The notes under the pieces are model-generated. The model saw only the letters and a program-made list of their open reading frames with translations, was not told where the DNA came from and made no database searches. The position numbers and the translations under genes were made by a program. A stretch of DNA of 64,000 nt from Eledone cirrhosa. Lineage: Eukaryota. The stretch spans positions 293,632,001-293,696,000 of the forward strand of contig OZ024742.1 in assembly GCA_964016885.1 (NCBI GenBank), written 5' to 3'. Shown here piece by piece: positions 49,801 through 64,000 of the stretch (its first letter is position 1; every line of letters begins with the position of its first letter).

Positions 49801-51288
49801 TATAAGGGAAAACAGACATTAACTGATGATGATGATATATACACATACATGTATATATGTATATGTGTGTGTGTGTAGATAAATAGATATGTTTAGGCTT
49901 CGATATAATAATAAAGTAACTTCATTTAATCACACTCACTCATAAGAGCAAAATGTTGACCTTGTGATCTGCTGTACTCTAGACTAAATTATTTATTGGC
50001 TTAAATAGATCAAATTTACACATTGTTATTAATCATATGCTTACTATATAAAAGACACAGGTGTGACTGAGTGGTTAAAAGTTCATTTCATAACCACGAC
50101 ATCCCATGTTCGATCCTGGTGGTGATGATGATTGTAGAGAATCAGTGGATAATGATGATGATGATGATAATAATAATAGTTTCTGATTTAGGCACAAGGC
50201 CAACAATTTTTTGGGGGGAGGGGAAAGTGAATTAAATCAACCCCAGTGCATTACTGGTATTTCATTATTATCTTATTTTATCGACCCCCATAAAGATGAA
50301 AGGCAAAGTTAACTTCAGCAAGATTTGAACACAGAATGTAAAGGGCCGTAACTATGTCATAAAGCATGTCCATTGCTCTACCGATACTGCCAATAATAAT
50401 TGTTTCTACTTTTGGCAGAAGGCCAACAATTTGAGGGGAGGGGAAAGTCGATTAAAACAACCCCAGTGTGTTACTGGTATTTTATTTTATCAACCCCGTA
50501 AGGATGAAAGGCAAAACTAACCACGGTGGGATTTAAACTCAGAACGTAAAGGGCCATAACTATGCCATGAAGCATGTCGTTCGACACTCTACTGATACTT
50601 GATACTACCAATCCACCACCCTTAATAGTAATAATAATATAAATAATAATAATATAATAATAATAATAATTCTAAATTATCAAGTAGAAATATAAAATAT
50701 AATAAAACAACTAAACAAATCATGGTTTCATAACATTCTCCTATTTACTTCACTTTACCATCCTCACCATCCTTTGTACTTCCACTTCGATTTGGAGATT
50801 TCTAAAAATATGGCAGTTTTTAGAAGGAAAAAATGTCCATAGGCAATTTTCAATTCAATTTTAATGCTGGTTTTTATTTTTATGCTTACTAGTTATGTAT
50901 GAATGAAGCAGATGAAATGTGTATAATGTGTATGTATGTATGCCTACATGTATATGTGCATGTTTGCATGCAAATATGTATGCACACATATCCACACTTT
51001 CAAATGTACGGCATAAAATAATTTATATAAAAGAGTTGTGAAACATTAACAGACTTTATCCCCATCCACTATCCCACAATCATATTTCATTAATGCCATT
51101 TTATATTCATGACATATGGGAACTATTTCTTCTCTCTTAACACACTTCTATCTCATGTCTGAGACAAAATATCTTCTTCAGGTTTTATACAACTTTCAAC
51201 TGTCAAGAGGCTCTTTCAGATTCCAATTTATTTAATATTATTTAATATTATTGTGTGTCTGTTTTTGAATATATGTATGTGTGTCAAG

Positions 51289-51620
51289 CCACTTGGCTTT
51301 GTGGTTAGAGCATTGGGCTTGCAATTGAGAGGTTGTGAGTTTGATTCTTGGACAGGGTGATGTGTTGTGTCCTTGAACAAGACACTTTATTTCACGTTGC
51401 TCCAGTTCACTCAGTTACAGAAATGAATTGTGACGTCACTGGTGCCAAGCTGTATTAGCCATTGCCTTTCCCTCGGACAACATCGGTGGCATAGAGAGGG
51501 GAGACTGGTATGCATGGGCAACTGCTGGTCTTCTGCAAAAAAACCTTGCCCGGGCTTGTGCCTCAGAGGGAAACTTTCTAGGTGCAAAACCATGGTCATC
51601 ACTGACCGATGGGGACCTTT
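51289..51620 (+). mobile_element. tRNA-derived SINE family 3
   Basis: tggctttgtggttagagc A-box, gagtttgattc B-box, tgttgtgtccttgaacaagacacttta core. Confidence 0.65.
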
Positions 51621-52760
51621 AAAATGTGTGTCAATGCACTGAGAGAGAAATCTAGACATAATAGGGGGTCAGATGCAGTGTATATACTTTTATGTATTTT
51701 CTTAATTATCTTATATTCTTAATCAGCCTAAGTGCTTTTTCTTCCATGTAACCTGCTTACTTATCTATGAAATAGAAGTCTAATCCGTTGTTCCTGAGGG
51801 TAGAAATTGAGTAGATATGCTATTTTGGAGAATAATAGCCATTGATAATTTTGCTCTTTGAAACAACTGTAAAACAATGAATTAACTACTTCACCTTGTT
51901 TTTCTTTATTCTTTCATTTTTTAACTTTCCTAATTATTTCAAATGAATAAAACATTTCTTGTTCTGCATAAGTCATCTCCATACAAAATAAATAAGGACC
52001 TTCTCTAATGACTACCTTATTAACTGCGGTTCCCTTCTATTCCTCTTTGGAAAACCATTCCTATAAATATAAACATACTTACTATTAACTAAAATGAGTG
52101 CACTCTAAACTACTGGTTCCAGTAACATTACTGCAATCTAGCAGATTTATTGAATAGGCAAAGCATTAGCTGGAGACTGTTGAGTTAATATCAATGATTT
52201 TCATAAATATTGTATGTATATGTGTGTGTGTGGGTGTGGGTGTGTACACACACACACGCACACACACATTTTCAACCATTTGAATTGCAACGTTCCAATT
52301 TCTATACTGGGACATGACAAATTATATTTGGAAGTTAACCTATATATATATATATATATATATATACACGCAGAGAGAGAGAGAGGCTTTTAAACTTATT
52401 CTAAAATTTCTAATTTGTGATTTAGTTAAATCTGAATTTCTATAATGTCTTTGTTAATCTCAATTCTTGCTTCTGATATTCTGTCTCTACTGATTCCTAA
52501 TGAAGCGTATTTGTATGTAGTATATTAATTTCTTCATTTAAAATGTCAAAACATTTTGGATAAAGACGATTTTTATATATAAAAGCAACATATATAAAAG
52601 CAACATATAAATCACTGAAATGTGCTGAATTGAAGTTAGTTTTAATCACTTGAAAACATTTTTTTTTTTTCCTTTGCACAAATGAAGCCATAGTCATGGA
52701 TGTCATACTCTGCAAATATGTAGTTTGTCATATATCATATACACATGGAAGGAAGAGAAG

Positions 52761-53078
52761 GCACTCCGTTGATTATGACGATGAGTGTTCCAGTTGATCA
52801 GATCAACGGAACAGCCTGCTTGTGAAATTAACATGCAAGAGGCTGAGCATTCCACAGACATGTGTATCCTTATCATAGTTTTCAGGGAGATTCAGCATGA
52901 CACAGAATGTGACAAGGCTGAACCTTCGAATTACAGGTACAACTCATTTTTGCCAGCTGAGTGGAATGGAAATAAAATGAAAATAAAGTGTCTTGCTGAA
53001 GAACAACACGCCACCAGGATTTGAACTCATTAACTTATGATTGTGAGTTGAACACCCTAACCACAAAGCAAAACGCCT
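52761..53078 (-). mobile_element. tRNA-derived SINE with a family-3-like head and a different tail
   Basis: Minus strand: tgtggttagggtgttc, gagttcaaatcctgg, gcaagacacttta, then tgtacctgtaattcgaagg...gccttgtcaca tail shared with 15659-15840 and 22180-22250. Confidence 0.65.
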
Positions 53079-54778
53079 TCATATATACAAAACCCATCAA
53101 CATTTAACATCTGTTTTCTCAGTGAGCAAGGGCTGAATGTATCTTGACAAGCTGAGTTGATACTGAAGTGAAGCTACTGACCTCTCGAATGGGCTGGGGG
53201 CCCTGCATCTCACATACAATCGTGTGTTCTACTGAGTCCATTTTATCATGACTCAAGCACTGGTGAAGTTGTCATGTCTTTGACATAACTGAAGCGTTTG
53301 GCAATTGGATGTGTTTATCATATAGATTACCAACATTAACACAACTGAAGGGTCCCTTGACTTCTTTTTTACATGGTGTCTACAACAGGATGCCCTCCCT
53401 ATTGCCAATCAACTAACATATGCATACAGAGTGCAGTCAGGCACCACTGTCAGACACCACAGTCAGACATAACAATGAATAGACATCAGAGTCAGACACC
53501 ACAGTTAGACACCATTGTCAGACACCATTGTCAGACATAACAATGAACAGATTCACAGGCACTATAGTTAAACACTATAGTTAGATTGTGTATATATTGG
53601 ATTAATTATTCATAGAATTTACTAGAAACATATTTCAAAGTTGGAAGTATTCCAACTAAGTTATTATTCTAAAGAGATACAATACATGCAGAATTACTTC
53701 CATCATCACTACCATTAGTATTGTTGTTTTTAGTTGTTTTTATTCCATCCTTAAAGGAAGTATTTGTCAGTAAGGAACAAAAAAATGACTTTCTGCCAAG
53801 AAAATACATTTTGATTAGCCGTTCTGTGACAGTTGAGTTGGCTTGCTAACCAGTCTTCAATGATGTAACAAAACAAAGATGAATGATGTAACAGAAAGAA
53901 GAAATAAGCTACAGTAAACATCATTACAGTGGTTGATATATGTGTGTGTGTGTGTGTGTGCATATATATATTTATATATGTGTATATATCATCATCATCA
54001 TTTTACGTCCCCTTTTTCCCTGCTTGCAAGGGTGGGACGGGAACTGATTCTGGCTTGATTTCTACAGCTGGATGCCCTTCCTAACACCAACCTCATTTAC
54101 AGTGAGTGCTGGGTGCTTTTTTGCCGTGGCACTCCCACGACCACTTTGCAGTGGAATGAGAGGGACCCCAGTCCCTATCATCTCATTTCTACAGCTGAGT
54201 AAACTGGAGCAATGTGAAATAAAGTGTCTTGCTCAAGGAAACAACACATTACCCGGTCTGAGATATATATATATATATATGTGTGTGTTCATATATGTGT
54301 TCATATATGTGTGTATGTGTATATATATATCTTTATAAATAAAACACAAGTCATAAGAAAACTACTTTGGGAAATGGTAATTTGATATCTTCCTTCCTAC
54401 CCATCTCACGCCCAACAATATGACAAGATGGTCAATAATCAAACAAGCAGCTATCAATACTTAACTTCATTCAACAATAATAAATACACTATTTACATAC
54501 CTACCTAATTGTATATCTATCTGACTGTCTATCTATCTATCTAATTATCAAGCTGCATATCTATATAAATATCTGTATACCTAGGTATCAACCTGCCTCT
54601 CTATCCATGAGTCTGTTTACCTGTCTATTAGTCTATAGCTATCGATTTATGTATATTTAACTTGTATATTTAACAATATATCTATCTTTGAACAAGAACA
54701 GAATGTATAAATTCCAATAGCTGTCCTGAAAATAGATAGATGGATAAATAGATTAATGAACAGATAGATAGATAGATT

Positions 54779-55544
54779 TCTTTATTAGCCACAAGGGCGC
54801 AACAAGAAAAGGGGACAATACAAAGACATGCCGGGGATTTTACATACAGTCGTGTAAAAATATAAAAACAAACAATTTCAACAATCGAAATCCCCAATAG
54901 GGGGGAGGCGCCACAAATGGGTTGTTTAATACCCCGTCGATAGAACAACCCTCAACTCCAGGAGCGTGTTGTGCAAGTGCTCCTTTCTTCCTTTTGCTCT
55001 CTTCCTCAACCTACAGGCTTATAAACAGAGAAGGCCCAATTACTCGGGCCATTTTCGCTTCATTCACCCACTTTTCAGTAAATTTACTGGGGTGCAGTGC
55101 CTCTCTCTCCACCCTGATTCTCCTTCTAAAGTGATACTTAAAGAAGGGAATCAATTGTTGTCCGGAGAGAAAGGCATCTGTCCTCAGTCCTCTCAACCTC
55201 GTCCACCATATAACTTCTTTCACCATAGCCACCGTACAGAAGAAAACCGCCTCTCTTTCGTTTTTGAAAGAGTCTGGCGGTTTGATCCTTACTATGGACT
55301 CGGCAGTCAACTGTATTTGTCCCATACACAACAGCAGTTGTTCTGCATAATTCCACAGGTCGCTTACGCCCGGGCAGTGTACAATTGCGTGCAGAACTGT
55401 TTCAATGTCCTGCGCACATCTTGGACACGTCCTCTTGGAAGGATCCCTGCCAGGGCGTCCGTGCCTGTAGATCTTGTCACGAACCGGTAGAGCTCCTCGG
55501 TAGCACTGCCAGGCCAGGGACCTCTTGAAGTTGTCCATAGGTCC
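54779..55544 (-). mobile_element. 5'-truncated Tx1/L1-clade LINE 3' end (zf-RVT) with 15-bp TSD in (GATA)n
   Basis: ORF 55011-55571 RSLAWQCYRGALPVRDKI...CPRCAQDIETVLHAIVHC...IWWTR; AATAAA-containing 3' end; TSD atagatagatagatt at 54764-54778 and 55545-55559. Confidence 0.85.
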
Positions 55545-56206
55545 ATAGATAGATAGATTCACAGTCACCATAATTTAGTGGATATATGTTTGAGGAGAGT
55601 TAAAGAACAAATGAAAGGTAATTATCATATTTGATTTAATTGAATGTAAAATGGAATACCATAATGGCCAGGGTGACAAGAAGGAATAGGTCAAGGATAA
55701 TCCAGGATTAAAGCATCTTTACATGGAATGTTGTAATCAAAGAATTAAATTAAATATATTTTTTACCATAAACCTTGTCATTTTTGATGGGTGCTATGCT
55801 AGTATTAGATATACATATATACATATACACACATCTATACATACATATAAATACATATGTACACACATATATATATACATACATACACATATATATATGA
55901 TGATTGCTTCATCTTGTCAGATGATAGCCATATCAACATCTCAATCATTCCTGCAAGTTTACACTTTCCCATGTGCACCGAGGTAACTTTTCAATCAAGC
56001 AACTGGTTTACACACACACCGTTTCACTCTACTTTTAAAGAGGCAGGGGATAACGGTATGTCTGGTATTAAAATAACATCATCATCATCTTCATTTAACG
56101 TCCATCTTCCACATTAGCATGGATAACATTTTTTTCAAATCACTTTACTCTATTTTCAAAGCAAGAGTAGATAACAGCTGTAGGCATATATATATATATA
56201 TATATA

Positions 56207-57150
56207 TCATCACCGTTTTACGTCCGTTCTTCCACGCTAGCATGGGTTAGACGGGTTGTCCTGTTGTGGGCAGTGTCTGGTCGGCTGACCATGCCTTGCT
56301 CATACAGGAACTGATTTGGCTTGATTTCTACAGCTGGATGCCCTTCCTAACACCAACCTCATTTACAGTGAGTGCTGGGTGCTTTTTCGTGGCGCCTACA
56401 CGTCCACTTTACAGTGTGGGCTGGGTGCTTTTTTGCCGTGGCACCTCCACGACCACCTTGCGGTGGGGGGGGGGGAGCATATTGTCTATATGCTTCAGCT
56501 TGTACCCATGGGAGGTCGGGTACTCTGTATTACTGCGTGACGCTAGAGGTCACGGCCATGTGTCATCACCTTTGAGAGGTGTAATTGGGTAAGGTCGGCT
56601 TTTATCACCTCATCCCAGGTCATCTTGGGTCTCCCCACTCCGCGGTTTCCATCGACTTCTAGTGCTCTGCACCTTTTTATGCAGCTGTCATCCTTCATAC
56701 ACATCACATGTCCATACCAGCGCAACCGCCTCTCCTGCACACAGCATTTGATTCCTCTTATGCTCAGTCTCTCTCTCAATTCATTTATGCTTTGTCGTTC
56801 GCGTATATTACTGTTACACATCCATCGGAGCATGCAGGCTTCGTTTCTCTCTAATCTACGTAAGTCTTCCACCTTCAGTGCCCAGGTCTCACTACCATGC
56901 AACATCGCTGTTCGGATACACGCATCATACAGTCTGCCTTTCATTTTGAGGGAGAAGCCTTTTGAAGCTAGCAGTGGTAGTAGTTCCCTAAACTTCTTCC
57001 ATCCCGTTCTTACCCTAGTTATTTTACTTTCTGAACACCCACCTCCGCTGCTAATTCGGTCACCTAGGTAGCAGAAGCTGTCTACTGTTTCTACAGAGCC
57101 CTCCCAGAGATTGGTGATACTTGTTTCCTGTGGCTGTTTGCTGTCCCAGC
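56207..57150 (-). mobile_element. 5'-truncated RTE-clade LINE (RT C-terminus + 3' UTR)
   Basis: VDSFCYLGD...KGRLYDACIRTAMLHGSETW...RRLRWYGHV...GRPKMTW; (GAT)n tail; flanked by (TA)n on both sides. Confidence 0.9.
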
Positions 57151-57437
57151 AATATATATATATAAGTTAAATATATATATATAAGTTAAAACATTAGAGA
57201 AAGCAATACTACATTCTTGAACAAATATAGTTAATGGCTGACAATTGTTTTGGGAATTGTATCATTATTCCTAACCTGCAGATGATAATTATTGATTATA
57301 AAGTCAATAATAGTAAGTGATATTGAAAAGAAAAGATTGATACAAGTCTCCTCATCGGAGTCAAAAAGAAAAAATATAAAAATTCAAAAATGCATGCGAC
57401 TATAATAACTGTAAAATTTGAAGAATACCAGTCCACA

Positions 57438-58498
57438 TCTACTATATAAATTGGAAGTGGTCGGACGTTGTATATTTAAGTAAGTAGGTATAGTCGGATA
57501 AACGTCTAAACGGCTTGGTGGAATGCAGCGAAAATTTGCACAGTTATGCAGAATGACCCGAAGAGGCGTTGGGTCGACTTTTAGGGTATAAGCTTCCGTG
57601 GTTACAGAGAAAATCGACGAAACAGGACTTTCCCATTCAAATTGAACTGAGAGTAATCTGTGAACGCAGAAGTCAATATTTCGAGAAACGTTCCAACCAA
57701 ACGAGAACAGGAAGACGATATTTTGGTTCGTGAAGACGTTCCCTGGCAATGAACGGGAAAAACAGCGAGGATAATATGTCGTTATGTGAAGTGAGAAGAA
57801 CAATTTCATGCAAAGACAAGACCAAGTTTATGGTAGAAATGGAGTCGCTAGACTAATATTCTATTTAACATAACAGAATGATTTCCAGCCTCGGAGTTTA
57901 AGAATGATGTAAATAAAATTGAAAACGAAAATGACAGAGGTTATTAAAATAGTAAAAGTAAATAGTGAAGATTTAGGCCAGTACATACGTATGCCCTGAC
58001 GGACATACACATACATACGCACACACAAATACATATCCCCACCACACACACACACACACGAGCGCGCGCGTGTATAAACCTTATGCATTTCTACAGTATT
58101 TTCACCAAACTTAAGACATAGGTTACTTATGTACTCCGGATGGTCATGGGCACTTTCATTTTTACAGATATTGATTATAGGGCTCCCTGGCAGATAACCT
58201 CCTTTAACCACTTCCTTGGATTCGACTGAAGAACTGCAGTGCAATGCAACAAAACGTCATAACTTCTGGAGTTTGCAACCGATTTTCACAAAACTTGGCT
58301 ACGTTTGTCCTACAGATGAATGTGAACTCTCAGAATTGGCACATATTGAGTAGGGGACCCCTGGGGGCAGGAACCCTCTTTTGGAAAAAGCCGATGATTT
58401 TGTAAAAGTATAGTTTTCGAAGTAGCACTGAAGTATTGACATAAATGGCATACACAACTGTTATTTAATACCTGAGCAACGCCGGGTACCTCTGCTAG
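57438..58498 (+). mobile_element. Non-autonomous Helitron
   Basis: A|TCtactatataaa 5' end; 3' hairpin tacctgagcaacgccgggta followed by cctctgCTAG|T; higher GC/CpG content than the flanks; no TSD. Confidence 0.75.
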
Positions 58499-58701
58499 TA
58501 TTAAATATGCAAGTAGGAAAATAATACATTATGAATCTAACAATTTTAACCGGTTGGCTTACTCACTTTGTTCGCTTGTCTTGCATCTAATATGCGTTGA
58601 GCACACTGTCCCCCCTCACTATTGGCATATAATTCTCATAACTAATCACTTTTTTCTCCTCTTCGATTAGGTAGTATACATACTTTTGATATATATATAT
58701 A

Positions 58702-59186
58702 CCATATTTGATGGCTTATAAGACACAGGCATTTAAAAAAATAATAAATGGGTTTAAACTACAAATGTCAGGTGAAGAGTATAAAGTTTGTACATCGTAT
58801 TTTTCATTATCACGTTGTAATTCAAGTTGAAATATTTAAGTACTTCTTTACTTTATTTTCTAAATCGTATTTTTTTTTTGTTAAAATATTTAGTTGATGT
58901 TACTACATATACATGGTTAAGCATCATCACTTAATTTTCTTTCTGACTTGTGTTATTTTATATGAAGTATCAGGAAGTACGACTGTTATACATTGTTACC
59001 TTAGAAAAGAGCTGCCATTGTTGGTGTAGAAGCGATTGCTACCTTGTTTACATTTGTGGAGATGTTTACATTTTAATTTAAGGGCTACTGTAGCACTAGA
59101 ACTCCACTAGCTACTAACCCAAACTGACCCTTGACCTTATAAGTCACAGGGAGATTTTCTCGGACATTTATAAGCCATCAAATATG
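58702..59186. mobile_element. pogo/Tc2-type MITE
   Basis: TA-ccatatttgatggcttataa ... ttataagccatcaaatatg terminal inverted repeats. Confidence 0.7.
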
Positions 59187-60129
59187 TGTGTGTGTGTGTG
59201 TTAGAAAAAGTAGGAAATGGATTTTTCAGTTAAGACATCATTTGCTTCAGTTAAGTGCCTATGGTTATCAATGGCGTATTTCAGGTATAGTTCAGTGTCA
59301 TAAACAGTATAGTGAGAGGATGACCAGCCAACCACATATAACTTGAAAGTGCCTGTAGCAGTGGAGACCTTGGGCAACTGCATTCAATGCTATCCATACA
59401 TCCACTTACATGAAATATCAAAGTATTATGTCTGATGCTCTACAGATTCTACCAATTCTTCAGTTAATACTGTCAACTGAAATAGTTCCAGTTTTTCAGT
59501 TGGTTTATATGTCAACATGTTAAACTATGAACTGTGTAATATGAATTGAAAATGTCAGCCCTTTTACATCTAAAAAACCCTTTTGATACCAAACTATCAC
59601 AAACTACCTCTGTTTCTATGATTAAAAATAAACTTTATTTCAACCCTTTTTATGCCAAACAACCTAAAACTGCCCATGGTTCTATGGTACTTTTGATACC
59701 AACTTGTTAAAAATCAATTTGGTTTCTATGAAACAAAATCACCCATTTTAAAAAGTTTCTACTTAACCCTTTAGTTATCAATCTGGTTCTATGAAATAAA
59801 ACCACCCACTTTAAAGGTTTCCAATTTAAATTAAAATCTTCCAACATAATTTTATATAAGAACCTCACATTAAGTTAATATCTTAGTAATGAAATAATTT
59901 TAGTCAATATAATTTTATATATGAAAATACTTATGTTAGAAATACTATCTTAATTCTATCACACCATGGGAATATCGAATTTGATACTTGGCTAAATTCC
60001 TAATGTGGTGAGAAGAAGAAAAATGTATTTTAAAACCGGATCAAACTAAAAATAAATCAGCCAATCACAATAAAGACTGACCTTCACTACAGAATTATCT
60101 TTCTTGGGATGAGGAGAAAAGACAAGGAT

Positions 60130-60850
60130 GTTGACTACAACTGAAATAGTAATGCAGTCATTGGATAATTCTGATGAGGAAGAAAGAATGAGAATTTAAT
60201 TAGACATATCTGGAAGATGATTTGGAATTGGTTAACGATGATGATAGTTTTGAAACTGAAGATGGAATGGGGAGTGATGTTGATATTTCAAGAAGTAGAT
60301 ATGGTGCAGCTCTGACAGTGGAGATGGTAGTAGCAGAGATGAAGGGGATTTTGATTCAGGGTGGAATAGTAAGGGATTTTTTTTTTAGTGGGGGACAGAA
60401 CCAAGTGTTGACAGTGGTGACACAGACATACAAAATATTGTTAATTTCATAACAGCTAAAAGTATAGCTATTGAATTTTTTATATTTTGATCAAGTATTT
60501 TGGGAGTACAAGTGTGATATGAGAAATTTAAATGCATCTCATATTTTTATAATGCTAAAAGCGTTACACCACTGTCACTAGCAGAAATGAAAGTATACAT
60601 TGGAGTTATACCAGGCATGGGCAACCATTGGCGACCACACTACTAAAAAATTCAAGGCAAATGGGCCACGTGCATTTCACAGGCCATAGATTACCCGTGA
60701 CTGTCTTAGACTATATATGGAATATTTGATTATCACACCAAGCTATAGAGACTATTGGTTGATTAAAAGGAAAGACTTTGTTATGTTCACACCTGGTTTC
60801 TATCAACTTATAGCATGTGATCAAATACTTGCAATATGGATATTTTTCCT
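60130..60850 (+). pseudogene. piggyBac transposase relic (N-terminal part)
   Basis: Acidic Ser/Asp/Glu N-terminus, then IAIEFF..FDQVFWEY..DMRNLNA, LSLAEMKVYIGVI, TPSYRDYW and FTPGFYQLIACDQILAIWIFF, matching the piggyBac pattern E.kaFiGl...P...dYW...tp.f...msrdRF..I. Interrupted by a small insert at ~60612-60703. Confidence 0.7.
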
Positions 60851-62511
60851 GACACCAACCGCGTTTACAGTGTGGAACTAGGTGGTCCCGTTATGAGTGT
60901 CTGTCCAGCAGGCCGTACTATACCTTGTTCATAGTGGAACTGTATTTTGAGAGCTAAGAATGAGGAATGCCTGGCCAATTGGCCATGATGTACCTTACTT
61001 GTAGCAGGACCACGTTTTAGCTGGGCTTTTACTGCTGCTAGATGCCCTTCCTAACACCAACCACACTTACAGTATGCAGTATTTTCTGGAAAGCTCAGGT
61101 GCAGACATGGTTTATTTCCCTCTGCCCAGAGCTGAAAGGGGTTAATAATGATTTCTGATTTAGGCACAAAGCCAACTATTTTGGGAGAAGAGAGAGTCGA
61201 TTAAATTGACCCCAGTGCATGTCTGGTATTTTATTTCATCAACCCTGTATGGATGAAAGGCAAAGCTAACCTCGGTAGGATTTGAACTCAGAACGTAAAG
61301 GGCCGTAACTCTGTCACACAGCATGTTGTCCGGCGCCCTACAGATTCTGCCAATCCACCACCCCAAAAGGGGTTAATAATGAAATAATAATTTTAGTAAA
61401 TCCTTCCCAAATTCTTCATTCATTAAAACAAAGTATTCATTTGAAATACCATAACAAAAGGATTAAAGTGCTCATATTTATCTAAAACCTTCCCTTAATT
61501 TTATGTAAAAACTTTTGTTATATGTTCCAAACACCTGCTTAATAACAGAGAATCTTATATTATTAAATCCTTCCAAATTCTTGGTTATTTTCAAAAATCT
61601 TTGAAAATAATAGGCAGTGTCTTCTATTAGATATATAACAAAGGGTTAAAGTGTTTATATTTATCTAAAATATTCCATCATAATTCTATGTCAGAACCTT
61701 TGTTAAGTTGTGTTCCAGGCAGTGTCTTTCATTAGAAATATTGCAATGAAAAGGTTAATAAACTTTCAATTAACTTCTCTTTATATGCAGAGAAACAAAA
61801 CAAGCTACATAAATTATAAATTAAGTATAATAACAAAAGGGTAATTCTATGAAGATCCACAAATTATTTCACCATTCTTGTTCTATGAAACAAAAGCACT
61901 CTTAATTTAATTTAAAACCTTCCAAGAAAATTTGATATAAAAATCTATTTATATAAAAATTTGTCATGAATGCCATATAATACCTCCAAATAATTCTTTA
62001 ATTAATTTAAATACTATGCTTTCCATTATAAATAACTTCTTCACCCAACTATTCCCAAGAGGGTCATGGGGGCAGAGTCCTCAAACACTCCCTTCAGCAT
62101 GTCCTGTCAGAAGCAGCCATCTCCAACTGATCTGGCTGGATCCCAAAGCAAGACCAGCAAAGCTCATGGATGTTATCCAACCATCTTGCTCAGGGTCTAC
62201 TTAAAAGGACCCATCTAACCCATGCAAGCATAGAAAAGCGGATGTAAAAACGATAATGATGGTGATGTATTTGTGTTTCTCCCCAATGTCTTCACATTGA
62301 CACCACTCAGACAGCTGGTGATATTTCTTTATGTGCTGCATAAACAATGTTCTACAGCTCAGCAATTCAACAAAGATCAGTTGACTTTTTTTTTAAAGTT
62401 TCATACTTGGAAACAAGGTTTGGCATCAAGAAAGGCATTTGGTCATAGTAAAACTACATCAAGTCATCTAAACCATGCCAACATGAGAGAAGTATGGTTA
62501 AAAATGATAAA

Positions 62512-63348
62512 AAATAATAATAATGAAATTATTGTGTACAGTGCTCAGGTGCACTACAACTCATCAAAGGTGCATGTATAGTACATAGAATAATATACAA
62601 ATGTCATGGAAGTGAATAGTGTATCATCATCATCACCGTTTTACGTCCGTTCTTCCACGCTAGCATGGGTTAGACGGGTTGTCCTGTTGTGGGCAGTGTC
62701 TGGTCGGCTGACCATGCCTTGCTCATACAGGAACTGATCTGGCTTGATTTCTACAGCTGGATGCCCTTCCTAACACCAACCTCATTTACAGTGAGTGCTG
62801 GGTGCTTTTTCGTGGCGCCTACACGTCCACTTTACAGTGTGGGCTGGGTGCTTTTTTGCCGTGGCACCTCCACGACCACCTTGCGGTGGGGGGGGGGGCA
62901 TATTGTTTATATGCTTCAGCATGTACCCATGGGAGGTCGGGTACCCTGTATTACTGCGTGACGCCAGAGGTCACGGTCGTGTGTCATTGACTTTGAGAGG
63001 TGTAGTTGGGTAAGGTCGGCTTTTATCACCTCATCCCAAGTCATCTTGGGTCTCCCCACTCCGCGGTTTCCATCAACTTCTAGTGCTCTGCACCTTTTTA
63101 TGCAGCTGTCATCCTTCATACGCATCACATGTGTATGAGTCATGATATACATGTGTGCGTGTGTATGGAGGGGGAATATTAGGTGTAGTATTGGCGAATC
63201 TCAGGAAGCATGGAGGTTTTAAAGGATGCAGTGTCTCGACAGCTAACAACTGATGCAGGTAGTTTGTTCCATGCTTCAGCAACTCTGAGCATGAAAAAAT
63301 GTTTCCGAAAGTCATGGGAGCTGTGCTGTTTTCTGACTTTGTGGGCAT
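62512..63348 (-). mobile_element. CR1 3' fragment split by an RTE insertion (62625-63130) with 6-bp TSD
   Basis: CR1 3' UTR continues across the insert (compare 5901 tagtgtatgagtc); gtgtat is duplicated at 62619-62624 and 63131-63136. Confidence 0.9.
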
Positions 63349-64000
63349 GGTGGTGATGGGTGTTGGTAATAATGATGATGATGGTGATTATAATGATGGT
63401 GTTGGTAATGATGATGACCATCATAATGGTGGTGATGTCGGTAGTGGTGATGGTGATAATAATGGTGTTGGTAATGATGATGATAATGGTGGTGATATTG
63501 GTAGTGGTGATGTCACTAGTGGTGATGGGGATGATAATAATAGTGTTGGTAATGATGATGATGATGGTGATAGTAATGGTGTTGGTGATGGTGATGGTGA
63601 TAATGGTATTGGTAATGATGTTGATGATGATGATTATAGTGATGACAGTGGTAGTAGCTACTAGTATGGGTGATGATGATGATGACAAGATGAATTTTAT
63701 GGTATCAATCTTGCTGAAAATATTCTTTAATTACTGCCATAAAACATATCTGTGATGTCAGTTCATATAAGGCTCCTTTCCTAATTGTCCTCCACCACAT
63801 GTGGTGAAGTCTATGTCTTAGGTCTGAAGTATGAAATTAGTTTTAGTCATTAACTCCAAGATAGCTGTTAATTACTACACTTGACAATATAATATAACGA
63901 AGTGAATCATTTGAACAGGATATTAATGATGATTGACTGTCAACTGAATGATTATTGCCAATATTATTGGGGTAGGGGGAGACTTCACACCCAATTGAGT

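Noticed and set aside
50745-50805. Possible short minus-strand exon (KSPNRSGSTKDG...)
   Set aside because: Too short, no recognisable homology, and splice-like motifs are common in AT-rich DNA.

Overview
AT-rich, repeat-dense animal genomic DNA, probably coleoid cephalopod (octopus-like). That assignment is inferred from the SINE/RTE/microsatellite make-up and was not checked against a database. One host exon is recognisable: a 190-bp minus-strand coding exon of alpha-catulin (33134-33323), so most or all of the window is probably intronic. The rest is transposable-element debris: a near-full-length CR1-type LINE with truncated copies, CRE-type, Penelope (RT + GIY-YIG), RTE, Tx1/L1 and Gypsy fragments, two non-autonomous Helitrons, a piggyBac transposase relic with two TTAA MITE families, mariner and pogo MITEs, many tRNA-derived SINEs, minisatellites and microsatellites. 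Most listed ORFs are microsatellite or antisense artefacts. The main unexplained signal is a set of (TA)n-associated fold-back elements carrying minimal type I hammerhead ribozyme motifs (34064-34120, 46169-46211, 46555-46615, 46753-46813), plus a degenerate motif in the Penelope 3' region (28331-28366). These look like non-autonomous Penelope or retrozyme-like elements whose inversion junctions fall in or next to the ribozyme. All alignments, folds and translations were done by eye, so repeat boundaries are approximate.
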